Source of the DNA: the human T2T-CHM13v2.0 reference genome, Homo sapiens
NCBI RefSeq assembly: GCF_009914755.1
Contig: NC_060926.1
Direction: 5' to 3' (one strand)
DNA: 64,000 bases
Each line of letters opens with the position of its first letter. The first letter of the stretch is position 1. Below, piece after piece: positions 13,361 through 27,825 of the stretch. A model generated the notes under the pieces. That model was not told where the DNA came from, ran no database searches, and saw only the letters and a program-made list of their open reading frames with translations. A program made the translations under genes and the position numbers.

Positions 13361-14104
13361 TACTTGATTTGTTTCCTTCCTTCCTTCCTTCTTTCTTTCT
13401 TTCTTCCTTTTTCTTTTTCAGCACATGCAGGTTTGTTTCATAGGTATACATGTGTCATGGTGGTTTGCTGCACCTATTGACCTGTCCTCTAAGTTCCCTC
13501 CCCTCACCCCCGACCCTACAACAGGCCCTGGTGTATGTTGTTCCCCTCTCCATGTCCATGTGTTCTCAATCTTCAACTCCCAATTATGAGTTAGAACAGG
13601 AGGTGTTTGGTTTTCTGTTCCTGTGTTAGTTTGGTGAAGATGATGGCTTCCAGTTTCATCTATGTCCCTGCAAAGGATATGATCTATTGTTTCCTGACTT
13701 TTTCTTTTCATAGCTGCATAGTTTTCCATGTGGTATATGTACCATGTTTTCTTTATCCAGTCTATCATTGATGGGCATTTGGGTTGGTTCCATGTCTTTC
13801 CTATTGTAAATAGTACTGCAATAAACATACGTGTGCATGTGTTTTTGCAGTAGAATGATTTATATTCCTTTGGGTATATACCCAGTAATGGGATTGCTGG
13901 GTCAAATGGTATTTCTGGTTCTAGATCCTTGAGGAATTACCATACTGTCTTCCACAATGGTCGAAGTAATTTACATTCCCACCAACAGTGTAAAAGCATT
14001 CCTATTTCTCCATAGCCTGGCCAGCGTCTATTGTTTCCTGACTTTTTACTAATCGCTGTTCTGACTGGCATGCGATGGTATCTCATTGTGGCTTTGATTT
14101 GCAT
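13361..14104 (-). mobile_element. nested 5'-truncated L1PA8-like element
   Basis: 'gacctgtcctctaagttccctcccctcacc' L1PA8-type 3'UTR; the whole insertion is bounded by a perfect 15-bp TSD gtgaattagcttttt (12783-12797 / 14105-14119). Confidence 0.9.
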
Positions 14105-15799
14105 GTGAATTAGCTTTTTAATGTGTGCTGCTAGGTTCAATTTGATATTATTTTGTTGAGGATATTGCATCTATGTTCACCAGGGATATTGGCCTGAAAT
14201 TTTCCTTTTTCATGTGTCTCTGCCAGGTTTGGTATTGGAATGATGTTGGCCTCATAGAATTAGTTAAGGAGGAGTCCCTCCTCCTTGATTTTTTGGAATA
14301 ATTTAACCCCAGCACTAGCACCCTCTCTTCTTTATATATCTGCTAAAATTCAGTTGTGAATATGTCTGGTCCAGGGATTTCTCTGGTTGGTAAGGTTTTT
14401 ATTACTAACTCAACTTCAGAACTTGTTATTGGTCTGTTCAGGATTTCAATTTCTTCCTGGTTCAATCTTGGAAGGTTGTGTTTCCAGGAATTTATTCATT
14501 TATTTTAGGTTTCCTGGTTTGTGTGCATGGAGGTGTTCATAATAGTCTCTGAGGGTTTTTTGTATTTCTGTAGGATTTGTGGTAATGCTCCCTTTGTCAT
14601 TTCTGATTATGTTTATTTGGATTCTCTCTCTCTTTTTTTGTTAATCTAGCCAAGAGTCTATAAATCTTATTAATTCTTTCAAAGAACAAATTTTTGGTTT
14701 CATTGACTTTTTCCATGAATCTTTGCATCTCAACTTCGTTCAGTTCAGCTTTGATTTTGGTTATTTCTTTTCTGCTACCTTTGGGGTTGGTTTGCTCTTA
14801 TTTTTCAAGTACCTCTAGATGTGCTGTTAGATCATTAATTTGAGACCTTTCTAACTTCTTGATGTAGGCTTTTAGCACTATAAACTTTTATCTTAACACT
14901 GCTTTAGCTGTGTCCTGGAGGTTCTGGTATATTTATCTTTGTTTTCATGAGTTTCAAAGAATTTTTTTTATTTTTGCCCTAATTTCATTCTTTACCCAAA
15001 ATCATTCAAGAACAGGTTGTTAAATTTCCATGTAATTGTATGGTTTTTGAGAGAACTTCTTGGCATAAATTTTTACTTTTATTGCATTGTGGTCTGAGAG
15101 TGTGATTAGTATGATTTTGGTTTTTTTGAATTTGTTGAGAATTGCTTTATAGCAGAGCATGTGGTCAACCTTGGAGTATGTGCTGTGTGCAGATGAAAAA
15201 ATATATATAAATTCTCTTGTTGGGTGGAGTATTTTGTAGATGTCTCTCAGGGTCATTTGGTCAAATATCAAATTTCGGTACTGAATATCTTTGTAAGTTT
15301 TCTGTCCTAATGATTTGTCCAACACTGTCAATTTGTGTTGAAATTTCCACTATTATTGTGTGGTTATGTGTCTCTTCAAGGTCTACAGAAATTTGTTTTA
15401 TGAATCTGGGTGCTTCAGTGTTGGGTGCATATACATTTAGGATTGTTAAGTCTTCTTGTTTAATTGAACCCTTTATCAATACATAATGCCCTTCTTTGTC
15501 CTTTTTGATCATTGTTGGTTTCAAGTCTGTTTTGCCTAAAATAAGAATAGCAACGCTTGCTTTTTTTTTCTTTTCTGTTTGCTTGATAGATCTTTCTCCA
15601 TCTCTTCACTTTGAGCCTATGGGTGTCATTGCATATGAGACGTGACTCTTGAAGACAGTATACAGTTGGGTCTTGCTTCTTTATCCAACTTGCCACTGTG
15701 TCTTTTAAGTGAAGCACTTAGCCCACTTACATTCAAAGTTAATATTGACATGTTAGGATTTGATCCTGTCATTGTGTTCTTATTAATAGCTAGTTTTTA

Positions 15800-16705
15800 T
15801 GTAGATTTGATTGTATAGTTGCTTTATAATGTCAGTGGGCTATGTACTTAAGTATATTTTTGTGGTGGCAGATATTGGTCTTTCATTTCCATGTTTAGCA
15901 CTCCCTTAAGGACCTTTCATAAGGCAGCTCTCCCATGGTAATGAATTCCTTAGTATTTGCTGGTCTGAAAAAGGATTCCATTTCTCTTTCACTTATGAAG
16001 CTTAGTTTGGCCAGACATGTAATTCCTGGGTGGAACTTCTACCCTGGGTGGGTGGAATGTAGGCCCCAAACTATTCTGGTTTGTAAGGTTTCTGCTGAAA
16101 AGTTTGCTGTTAACTTGACACTGTTCCCTTTTTATATTACCTACCCCTTCTCTTTAGCTGCCTTTAAGATTTTTTTATTTCATGTTGACTTTGGAGAATC
16201 TGATGATTATGTGTCTTAGGGATGAGTCATCTTGTGTAGTATCTGGCAGGGGTTCCCTGAATTTTATGATTTGCATGCCAACCTCTGTGGTGAGACTGAG
16301 GAAGTTTTTGTGGACAATATTCTAAAATACGTTTTCCACATTGCTTGCTTTCTCTCCATCTCTTTCAGGAGTGCCAATGAGTCATAAGTTTGGTTTCTTT
16401 ACATAATCCCATATTTCTTGGAGATTTTATTCAATTTCCAGAAGTTTAATTTGGTTCTTTTTCAAAATGGCTATGTAATCTTTCAGTTGTTAGGCCATTT
16501 TACTGTGGTCCTTGGATTGGGTTTCAACCTTCTTCTGCATGTTGATGAGCTTCCTTGCCATCCAGATTATGAACTCTATGTCTATCATTTCAGCCATTTT
16601 AGTCTGGTTAAGAGCAATTGCTGGGGAACTAGTGCAGTCATTTGGAGTAAAGAAAACACTCTGCTTTTTAGAGTTATCAGAGTTCTTGCACTGGTTCCGT
16701 CTCAT
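15800..16705 (-). pseudogene. degraded L1 ORF1 (RNA-binding chaperone)
   Basis: ORF 16490-16705 'MRRNQCKNSDNSKKQS...EFIIWMARKL' resembles the ORF1p N-terminus; internal deletion near 16425. Confidence 0.85.
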
Positions 16706-17946
16706 CTGTGTGGGCTGATGTTCCTTTAATCTTTGAAGTTTCTGTCTTTTGGATGGAGCTTTTTGCTTTTATGTTCTTTGATGCCCTTGAGGGTTTGACT
16801 GTGGTATAAGTTGGATTTAGTCAATTGGCTTCATTCTGGATGCTTTCAGGGGCCAAGATTCAGCTCAGCACTCCTGGGCTATGTGCTGTAAGCCTGGGGA
16901 GCTGGAACCAGGCCTGCAGCTTTGCTCTCTGGCTTCTTCAGGTTAAGCACCTGCTGCACTGGAGGGGCTGAGGTATTCCCAGTTTGCTGGCAACAACACT
17001 CTAATGGGGGCTGCTGGCAAAAGTGCTCTGGGCGGAGGGTGGCATTGAGTCCATGCACACACATGTGCACCGGCAGGAGCTGCAGTAGGTCCCTGCATGC
17101 AAAAGCACTAGTGTCACTTCACCAAAGTGACTGAAGCAGGCTGTAGGCAGGTGCACACCAGCAGGGGAAGGCTGCAGGCAGGTGCTTGCCAGTGGGGGAA
17201 GGCTGCATGCAGGTATGCAATGGCTGTGGGAGGCTGCAGGCTGGTATACATTGGCAGGGATCCACCTGAAAAAGCACTCTGAAGGTTAGGTGGGGTCTGC
17301 TGATGAAAGAGCTACAGGAGTGGCCAGTGGCAAGCTGAGGCTGCCCTGCAAGCAGGTGCAGCAAGGCAGGAACCCTAGGAGGGGCTGGCAGATGTGGAGA
17401 ATAGAGGACACTCAGATCAGACTTACCCTGTCCCACAAGCAAGACAGCCCTGAACTATCCAGGTCTGGCAGCCAGTAAAGGCTACAGCCACCTAGGGCAT
17501 TACAGTGAACATTGGGGAATGGGCACCAATGGCCATGCTCCAGTGCAGCCGTTCCCACACCAAACCATCAAGGCTCCACACGGGCTAGACTTCTGTCTCT
17601 GCCAACTCTCTAGATAGTTCTCCTTGACAGCTCAGATGTCTTTGGGTGTTGTGGAGTCTCCCGCAGCTAGGATCCCAGAGGTCCATGGACCACGCCACAC
17701 TTACTTCATTCACCCCTTCCCTAGGAGCTGCTCAGGGCCAGAAATGAATCCTGACACTGGGCCACTCTGTCCAGGGTTTCCAACTTCCTCCTTTTTTAGC
17801 CCACATCTGTGTCCTCCCTCTGTCCACTCTCAACGCCTTCTTTCCAAACATCTGTTCAGAGTATGCTGATCTACTTGAGGGCCTGGTTTCTCTCGTGGGT
17901 GAAGCTCTTCCTGGCTGTATCTAGTCAGCCATCTTGGCTCTCTCTT

Positions 17947-18211
17947 TCCATCTTTAAAGCCAACAATACTGCATTTCTTTAACCCTTCTTTCATATATAC
18001 GTCCTCTGACCATAGCCAGGAAAGGTTCTCAGCTTTTAAGGACTCATTTGATTAGATTGGGCCCACCTGGGTAACCTGGGATAACTTTCACATCTCAAGG
18101 TCCACAGCCTTAATCACATCTGCAAAGTTCCTTTTTTTATGTAAGATAACATATTCACAGGTTTCAGAGATTAGGGCATAGAGATACTTGGGATGTCATT
18201 ATGCTACCACA
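17947..18211 (-). mobile_element. MLT1D-like MaLR LTR, part 2
   Basis: 'tccatctttaaagccaac...cttttaaggactcatttgattagattgggcccacc...aatcacatctgcaaag...ctaccaca'. Confidence 0.88.
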
Positions 18212-18734
18212 ACCCTGCCAAACTGCCATATAAGTATAAAGAAAATGGGAGGGAAAGGCATAGAAAAAAACTAATAATGGATTCTAGATCGAAAGTATTT
18301 GCCTTCCTTTCACATTTTGTGTTTTGGGATTTATTTCTCCTGCTGAAAAGTTTACTGTCAATAAGAGGGAATTAGAGCCTGCAAGGGAGAGTGTATACAA
18401 TGCTGCACAAAAACATGTTAGAAAATCAAATAAATCTTGGCTGAAATAATGATTACAATAACCATCATGATGAAAATTTGGAGGATTAAACACAGTGATA
18501 CTTAGTATGACAATAATATTAAAGTCAGTTAGAAAATAGTTGATGAAATAATTGTTTGATCTTTTTTCTTTGATCAATACTTAATATAAAATTAGCCAAT
18601 CAAAGATAAAGTCATCAATATTGATATAACAGCTTTGAGGGAATTGGATAAGTTAGGAAATGGCAAGATAGGGGGACATCAAAAAAGATCACTGGGGTTC
18701 CCATATACTTCCTGCATGGCTGATACTCTAAGCC

Positions 18735-18856
18735 AGGAGCTCACAAACTTTTTCTATAAAGGGCCACAGAGTAAATATTAAAGACTTTGAGTTTTGTACT
18801 GTCTTCATCACAACTACTCAACTCTACAATTGTGGCAATAAAGCAGCCATAGAAAA
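18735..18856 (+). mobile_element. MER58A (hAT-Charlie MITE) 5' half
   Basis: 'caggagctcacaaactttttctataaagggccacagagtaaatatt...caactactcaactctacaattgtggcaataaagcagccataga'. Confidence 0.8.
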
Positions 18857-19079
18857 AGTGCTGATGTATTGTCTAAATTTAATTTTTAGAGCCTTATATT
18901 AAATATGAACATCATTGTTCCATATGAATAGTTTTTTAAAAGTGACAATCAAGAACACCTTGATATCACAACCTAACAAAAAAAAAGCAAACAACAATAA
19001 AAAACACTGTGCAGTACAACTAAATGTATCACTGAAAATGAGAGGAAAAAAACCCTCTTAGCAAAGTGTTTTAAGTGTG

Positions 19080-19680
19080 TTAAGAGAAAAATACTCAGTG
19101 ACCAAGTAGGTCATTTCTAGAATCCAAGAGTGGGAAATATGTCAATACAATTTATCTCTGGTAAGAGAAGAAAAACCATATAATTGTATGGATAAGTGCT
19201 AAAAGGCATTGTATTTTTAGCTAACTATGGCACACACTTTTAAAAGTTTGATAAAATGCAATCTTCTTACTAAACTAACAAAGGGAAGATCCTTGTTTAA
19301 CATAATAAAGATGCTTAACTCAACCCAGTATACCTGACACATTGAATTAAATCCTTTTAACATCAGGGGAAAAACATATGCTCAGTACATTGACATTGTC
19401 CTTGTAGTTCCAGTCCATCCAATTAGATGAGGACAATAATGAGATATACATTTTGAAAAGAAGAAAAATAAATTATATATTTTTGGTTACTATTACTGTT
19501 TACCCCCCAAAAGAAAAACAACTAGAAAGTATTAAAATTATTAAAAGGGATCATTATAAAATAAGCATTTAAAATTCAATAGCTTTCCTTTTAGCAAAAG
19601 CAAGCTGGAAGATATAATTAAATAGGAATGAACATTTTTAAAACATAAAAATATATAGAGCATTTAACAACTAAAAAAAA
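19080..19680 (+). mobile_element. ancient L1ME ORF2 (RT region) fragment
   Basis: 'gaccaagtaggtcatttctagaatccaag', 'aaaaccatataatt', 'tttgataaaatgcaatc'. Confidence 0.6.
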
Positions 19681-20723
19681 ATGTTATGAGGGGGATTAAA
19701 AAGTCAACATTAAGTCATTACGCAAATTTGTTATATTATTCTCTGATTTTCTGATCATTTGAGGCATTTCATAAAAAATAAGTCTCTTGCTGAAGTGGAT
19801 GGATGGAAGATAGATGGATAGAGTGATAAATAGACAAATATTGGGTAAAACTTAATTTAATAGTTAAATTTTGAATTATATTAATATTTGGATTTCTGCA
19901 ATTCACTAATGCAATCATAAAGTCTAAAGGTTAATGAAATTTTTGTTAAGATGTTCACACATTGCAGCAAGACCTTCCTTGTGATATATTTCTAATATTT
20001 AGAGAAAAGGAGGGTAAAACTACAAATATGTAAAAGATCAAAACTTAGAATTAATAAACGTAAAGATTTGACATATTTCTGTGGCTATTTTGTAAATAAA
20101 ACATTATACACAAATCTGAAATTCGTTAATATTCTCCTCTAATTCCATTCCTTCTCCAGTCCTCCCCAGAGCCAACCACTCTTTTGACATTTTTTGGTTT
20201 CCTTATCAAACATGTTTTAATACTGCTCCTATATATATGATATTATATTACATCCTTAAGTTAATAAAGTACATTCACAAGAAACCTACAGCCAACATTA
20301 TACTTACTGGTGAAACACTGAATGATTTTTCCCTAAGATCAGAACCAAAATAAGGATGTTCTGCTCTCACCAATCCTGTTCAAAATCATACTGAAGGTCA
20401 TAGCTTCAGTAGGCAAGAAGGCAACAAAAAGAAATAAAAGGCATCCATATTGGAAAATTCAAAATAAAACTGGCACTATTTATGAACAATAGGATTATCA
20501 TGTAGAAAATCCTAAGGAATCCACTAAAATGCTGCTAGAACTAACAAGCACAAAGAATGCAAAGTCAATATGAAAAAAACCGTATCTTATATATAGTAAC
20601 AATGAACAATTGCAAATTCAAATAAAACTGTATCATTTACATTAATTAGACATAAATCCAACTAAATATGGACTATATGCTGAAAATTACAAAACCAATG
20701 GTAGGAAAAATTAAAGAATACCT

Positions 20724-20930
20724 TTAGATGTCCGCCTTTGTAACCTACTTAAAAAGATTATGTTCTTATACACCTTGAAGCATAAAGCAGAGCAAGAAAT
20801 GGAAATTTTACCCTGTGAGTGTTCTACTTGGGAGAGAAGCAGAAAGAAAACTTAAAAACTGGATTCAAGAAAGCAGAAGAATAGTTAACTTGAATCAAGT
20901 CATCTCTCTTCTATATTTCTTTAAAAAAAA
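20724..20930 (+). other. orphan polyadenylated retro-insertion of unique sequence
   Basis: ~200 nt of non-L1 sequence plus an A-tract, between TSD aaagaatacct (20713-20723 / 20931-20941), preceded by TT. Confidence 0.75.
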
Positions 20931-21213
20931 AAAGAATACCTACATAAGTAGAAAAATATGCCATGCTCATAGGTTGAAAGACATAATGTTGTTAAGATTC
21001 AATATTCTTTAAATGTCAGCTTCTTCAAACTGATAGATCTAATATAGATTTTGGACTCAATATAGATTCAATACATTTCCAATCAAAATTCCAGCAAGAT
21101 TTCTTTATAGAAATCAGCACACTAATTCTGAAATTTATATGGAAAGCCAAGGAATTAGAAAAGTCAAAACAATTTTGAAAAAAGAATAACATTTGAAGAC
21201 TTATATTACCTGA

Positions 21214-21602
<389 letters not shown>

Positions 21603-22889
21603 TCAATTGATTTTTGACAATTGATTTTGACAAAAATGCAAAACTAATTGTTAGATAAAGGATAATATTTTTTAAAAATTGTGTTGGAAAAACTGGATAT
21701 ACACATGCAAAAAAATATAAACTTCCTTTCCTACCTCACACCATATACAAAAATTAAATCCAAACGGATGACAGACATAAAAGTAAAACCTGAAACCAGA
21801 GAAAACATCCATAGGAAAAAAAATGAAATATCAAAAGCATAAAATATTATAAGAAAAGTTAACAAATTGAACTTTATCAAAATCAAAAAATTCTTCTCTC
21901 TGAAGGTGCTTATAATAAAACAACAAACCACAAACCAAGAAAAAAATCTATGCAAATTATGTATCTGATAAAGGACTTGTATCCAGAATATATAAACAAC
22001 TCTCAAAACTCAGTAAGAAGACAAACAATCCAATAAAAATGGGCAAAACTCTGAACAAATACTTCACAGATGAAAATATACATATGGCAAATATGCACAT
22101 GAAAAGGTGTTCAAGATCATTAGTAATTAGGGAAAGGTAAATTAAAATTATGAGATACTACTACATACCTATTTGAATAGCTTTAAAAAAAAATAAACTG
22201 ACATTACCAGTTCCTGATGTGGGTGCAGAAAATCTAGAATCCTCATACATTATTGGTGGGAATGCAAATTGTTATAACCTCTTTGGAAGGTGTTTGGAAG
22301 TTTCTAATAAATTAAACATACACGAACCATATGACCCAGAAATTCAGCTCCTGGACACTTATCTACATGAAATAAAAATTTATGTTCACACAAAAACCTA
22401 TATATGAATATTTGTAGTATATTTATTCAAAATTGCTAAAAGCAATTTATATGTCCCTTGGCTAGGAAATGGGCAAAAAAGATTGTGGAACCTCCATTCA
22501 ATAAAATACTGCTCAATGAAAAAAGAAAAGCAACTCCTGATACATGTAATGACATAGATGAATCTCAGATGTGTCATGCTGAGTGTGAGATGCTACACTC
22601 AAAAAGCTACTACATATACTTAAAAACTTAATTTACAAGGCATTCTGGAAAAGTCAAAACTACTGAGACAGAAAACAGATCAGTTGTTACTAGGGCCTGG
22701 GGTTGGGAGGAAAGATTGACCACAAAGCATGGCATGGGAAATTTGTGGGAGTGTTGGAACTGTTCTGTATCTTGATTGTAATGGTGGTGGTTACACAACT
22801 GTACATATCTTTGCCAAATCTTGCAGGACTGTATAAAAAAAGGGTGTGTCACTGTAGGTAAATTATAATTAAAAGTTAAAAAAAACTCA

Positions 22890-24052
22890 TTTCATTTTCA
22901 TACTGTCCTATTCAAGTTTTATGTTTTCTCTTCCATTTTCTCTTTAACATTTTCAAAATATTTATGTTAAAATCTCTTCACATAGTTTTATGATTTCTAC
23001 TTCTTGAGATATTTTATCTTCAGCAATGAGTCAAGTCCTATGTTGTGGTTTACCAGCAAGTGTAGTCAGTGTGAATTTGAGCTCTGTGATGGCTAATTTT
23101 ATGTGTCTACATGACTGAGCTAAGATGCCTAGATAGCTAATAAAACATTATTTCTGGGTGTGTCTGTGAGGGTATTTCTGGAAGAGATTAGCATTTGAAT
23201 CAGTAGACTAAGCATGAAAGATCCACCCTAATCAATATGGGGAGGCATCATCCAATCCATCCAGCATCCAAATTGAATGAAATGGTATTGGAAGGGCAAA
23301 GTCTCTTTCTTCTTGAGCTGGAATATCCATCTTATTCTGCCCTAAGGCATTAGAGTTCCTGGTTCTCTGAACTTGGTACTTTGAGACACAGACCGATACC
23401 ACCTCCACCTACTTCCACCTCTTCCCAGACCTTCAACTCCCCTGGTTCTCAGGCCTTCAGATTTGAACTGAATTACCCCACCAATTTCCCGGTTCCCTGG
23501 TGTACAAACAGCATATTGCGGGAATTCACAGCCTCTTTAGTTCTAATTCCCATAATAAGCCTCTTCTATAGCATATGTATTATATTTCTCTGGAGAACCC
23601 TGATTAATACAAACCCCATATTTATGCAAAACACAGATTGGGGTTGCACATTCTAGCTCCTAATTTTTCCAACCCAAGATACCTGAAAATACCAATTTCT
23701 TCCTATTGCTCCCAGTCTAGCAAACAGAGGGAATTTTTCCCTATTCCCACTTTCCTGAACATAGCAACCCTTACTAGCTCAGTTTCAGTACCCCAATTTG
23801 CATGGATCCAATTCCTTATCACCTTCACACATAGCCTCAAGGGTCTGAGACCCCCATGAACCACCCAGCTTCAGTGGTGGCTCACTACTCTGTCTAATTT
23901 CAGTCTTTGTTTCTGGCACCAAAGCTTTCCATTTATTGGATTCACATTCAAATATACATTTAAATAATTTTACATTTTTCTAGAATTTCTCTCTTTTTGT
24001 GTCCAGAAAGTGATTGGGTGGTATTTTATCTGCTAAGCCTGCCATCTTGACA
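22890..24052 (-). mobile_element. ancient L1M 5'-region remnant, split by MLT2
   Basis: T-rich ORF1-like start; ends in 'cctgccatcttg', typical of an antisense L1 5' terminus. Confidence 0.4.
23085..23611 (+). mobile_element. MLT2 (B/C-type) ERVL solo LTR
   Basis: TG...CA ends; 'tgtgatggctaattttatgtgtc...ggaagagattagcatttgaatcagtagact...ctctggagaaccctgattaataca'. Confidence 0.9.
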
Positions 24053-25545
24053 AAGTCTCACAGCAATATTTCTTAATATAATTCTAATATCACTTCATTA
24101 TGTTCATACACAAAAAGTGAGTTGGAACATTAAGGTAATTGCTTGGACATTTTGACAAAGAAATGTTTGCCTTAATTTTGTCTTTAATTGGTGATCATAT
24201 GACTTCAATCTATAAATATTTTGTGGTTTAATAAAAATTTTGTTGTTTTCATAGTGACTGATGATATATTATTTTTAATACATTAGTAATCCACTAGGCA
24301 GATTCAAGATCAAATCAATAAAGTGCCACTGATATAATCAATAAACAACTAGGACCTCTTTGTAACTCAGAGCTTAAGAAAATCTGAAAGATAAGCTGAG
24401 ATGTATAAAGTATTCATATAATAAATGCATTTTTATTTGTTTTAGATAATTCAAACTTGTAAATAGATTCATCCAATTTTAAATAGAAATGATTTAAAAC
24501 AATGTTTATCTCCTGTTTGTTTTATTATTTTAAGAAAAATATATCTGAAATTAATAATGAATGGCCAAAGGACAGATAAGCTAATAATATTGTATAATAG
24601 ATCATTCGATTTAGAACATCTAACTGGAAAAGCTGGAAATGAGAAGTTTAAAGTTCAAGGAGGTCTGAAATCTAACAAGCTTAATCAAAGGAAAAGATGT
24701 GAAATGTTCACAAAAAGGAGTCTGCAAAGCCACACACAGAAAGATTCTGCTAGTGTTGGAAAAGAATGGCAACTTTTTCCTATTAAGAAAAAATAAAAAT
24801 AGGTCACATTGTTGACCTTGGCCATCCTCTGGCATAGTCATGTCACAGTCTTAACACAGAGCATAACACAAATGGCCAAAGACTCTCAACATGTGAGAAC
24901 AATTTCTGAAAAGGGGGTAGGAAATCAATTCATACTAATTTTAACTCCCTCTTGTTTCTGCAAAGGCTTATCTTGATTTCTTCGTGAACTTTAACACTCT
25001 TAGTCTCCTTGACACAGTTCAGTCTTTATACAGTTCCCCTTAGACTACAAAAGAGATCACTGGACCATAGACAGTGCAACAGATAAACATGACCTGTCTT
25101 GTACTGAAAATGAGTATGTCATACTGAGCTGAAAGAAAAGAATTATTCAGGGTAAATATTGTCCAGATGATAGGACCAGATCACAGGCAGAAATACATTA
25201 ACGTTTGCCTTTCAAAATGGCACAGCAACTTTTTATACTTATCATCAAAAAGATCATCAGAAAACAGCCCTAAGCCTAATATTGAAGTAAATCTCACTCC
25301 AGTGTCACTTGTCTAGTGTTACAGTAGAGCTCACACATATGGAAGCAATCATTCAATCAATTAAAGAGAAGAACTCATTAAATAAAAACTTTTGTCCATT
25401 TTTTGCTGAGCACTATTGTGAAAATGAGAGAAGTATATCTTACATTTCAATAATACTTCGTTGTTTAGAAAATACTTTGATAGCTGTTCACATGGGAAAA
25501 GACTCAGTATGTAATCTGTTCCTCTTATTTTCCCATTATGATAGT

Positions 25546-25554
25546 CACACACAG

Positions 25555-25585
<31 letters not shown>

Positions 25586-25596
25586 TGCACACACAC
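25546..25596. repeat. (CA)n microsatellite
   Basis: Direct inspection. Confidence 0.95.
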
Positions 25597-25959
25597 AATT
25601 AAACAAAAGTAGAGAACACAAACCATATGTTAAGTTTATGAAGAGTTGGGAATAGGAATTTTATGAATTCCCATGTCCATAGGGATAGATGGGAAAAAAA
25701 GACATACTTGAATATTCCAAAATTCACTTCCTGAAAGAGAATGTCAAGAATTGCTTTAAACAAAAAAAAAACTTTAATCTACATCCTATCCTTTGCCTCT
25801 AATGTGAACAGATTCTATATTTATCAGTGAACCCATGAGCAGTCTTCAGCTATAAGAGGCAAACCCTCTGAGTGTACCAAATTTTGCTAGTAATTCTCCC
25901 CACCATCAGTACCTTTACTTACACATCCATTTAGGAAATTAAGTTTTAAATATTCACTA

Positions 25960-26081
25960 TGATTTTATATCGTAATGTGGTAGCAGTTACATTATTTGTG
26001 TGTATTTGCCAAACTCATGGAACTACACTAAAAAAAAGGTAAATATTACTCCATGTAAATTATATTTTAGAAAAAAAAAAA
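25960..26081 (+). mobile_element. L1ME-type 3' terminal fragment
   Basis: 'tatttgccaaactcatggaactacactaaaaaaaggtaaatattactccatgtaaattata' followed by an A tail. Confidence 0.65.
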
Positions 26082-26366
26082 GCGAAAAAGTGGTAACAGG
26101 TGGAGGCACTGTCGTGAAGAATCTGGATATAGTTACCCAGGGAAAAGCATTACAAATAGTTGTTTGGACAGATGAATGCTGGTGGGCTAACAAAGTCTAA
26201 GGGAAGTAGAGTTTACTCACCCTGTAGCATTTACCGAACCAGGGTCCAAAGAATGTTCATAGACATATAACATTCATGTGTTAGTTCACAGACATTAACA
26301 TTACTGTTAGTGAACTATTCCCTAGTCTCCTAGTCTAGGTTAGACATCTTAAAAATATCTGATTTT

Positions 26367-26710
<344 letters not shown>

Positions 26711-27029
26711 TTATCTTCAAGCATCTAGAAGAGTGGTACATTAAAACATATATATCAAAAGCACAGATATATGAATAAACAGGAGATTAATAATAGATAG
26801 TTGTATAATCCTAAATTTCTGTCAAAAAACGAAGGTATCAGTCTAGTTTAGGGTGGCAATAATTAGTAGTTAAGTAAAAGTTTATGAAGAGAAGATATTA
26901 GGTACCCTGTAACAGCATGTTTTCAATCAGAAGCTAATGGATTCAGTGTTGCCTCAGTAATTACTGCTTTGAGGAGAAATCGTTCTAGAAATCCTCTGTG
27001 TTCCATACCATCTCTAATTTTGAAAGCCT

Positions 27030-27140
27030 GATTAATAGATAGTTTTATGGAGAAATGAGCATTAAAGAATGGGTTGAATTTGAACAGTAAGAAAGAAGGG
27101 CATTCCAGAGTAGGGAACATGTACCAAGGTATGACTATCT
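27030..27140 (-). mobile_element. L2 fragment
   Basis: 'aagggcattccagagtagggaacatgtaccaagg'. Confidence 0.5.
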
Positions 27141-27236
27141 CAGTTGTTTTACAGTGAAAGAGAAATAAATCAGTAAAGTTAAACATGAGAAATAATGAAA
27201 AACTCACAGACTGCTAACAGAATTCAGTGTTGTTTC

Positions 27237-27535
<299 letters not shown>

Positions 27536-27574
27536 AGTGTTGTTTCTTTATGATCACTACATATTGACAACCTA

Positions 27575-27825
27575 GAGTGGAATAATAGTGTAGTAGTTAA
27601 ATTCATGCTCTCTACAGCCAAAGTGCCTGCATTCTGATTTCATTTCTGACACCAATTCTCTTGGGTAAAGTTTTTCAACTCTTAGTACCTCGGTTTCCAT
27701 GCCTAAAAAATAGGCACAATAAAAATACTGATCCTATGAAGTGGTTCTACTGGTTAAATAATTTAATACATGTAAATTACTTAGAAGAGTAACTGGTATA
27801 TTTTAGTGTTCAGTAAATATTATCA
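27575..27825 (+). mobile_element. MIR
   Basis: 'ttgggtaaagtttttcaactcttagtacctcggtttccatgcctaaaaaatagg' MIR core and 3' end. Confidence 0.75.

Noticed and set aside
17040-17360. GC-rich short repeats (ggggaaggctgca) as a CpG-island promoter
   Set aside because: Part of the old L1 5'UTR and CpG-depleted
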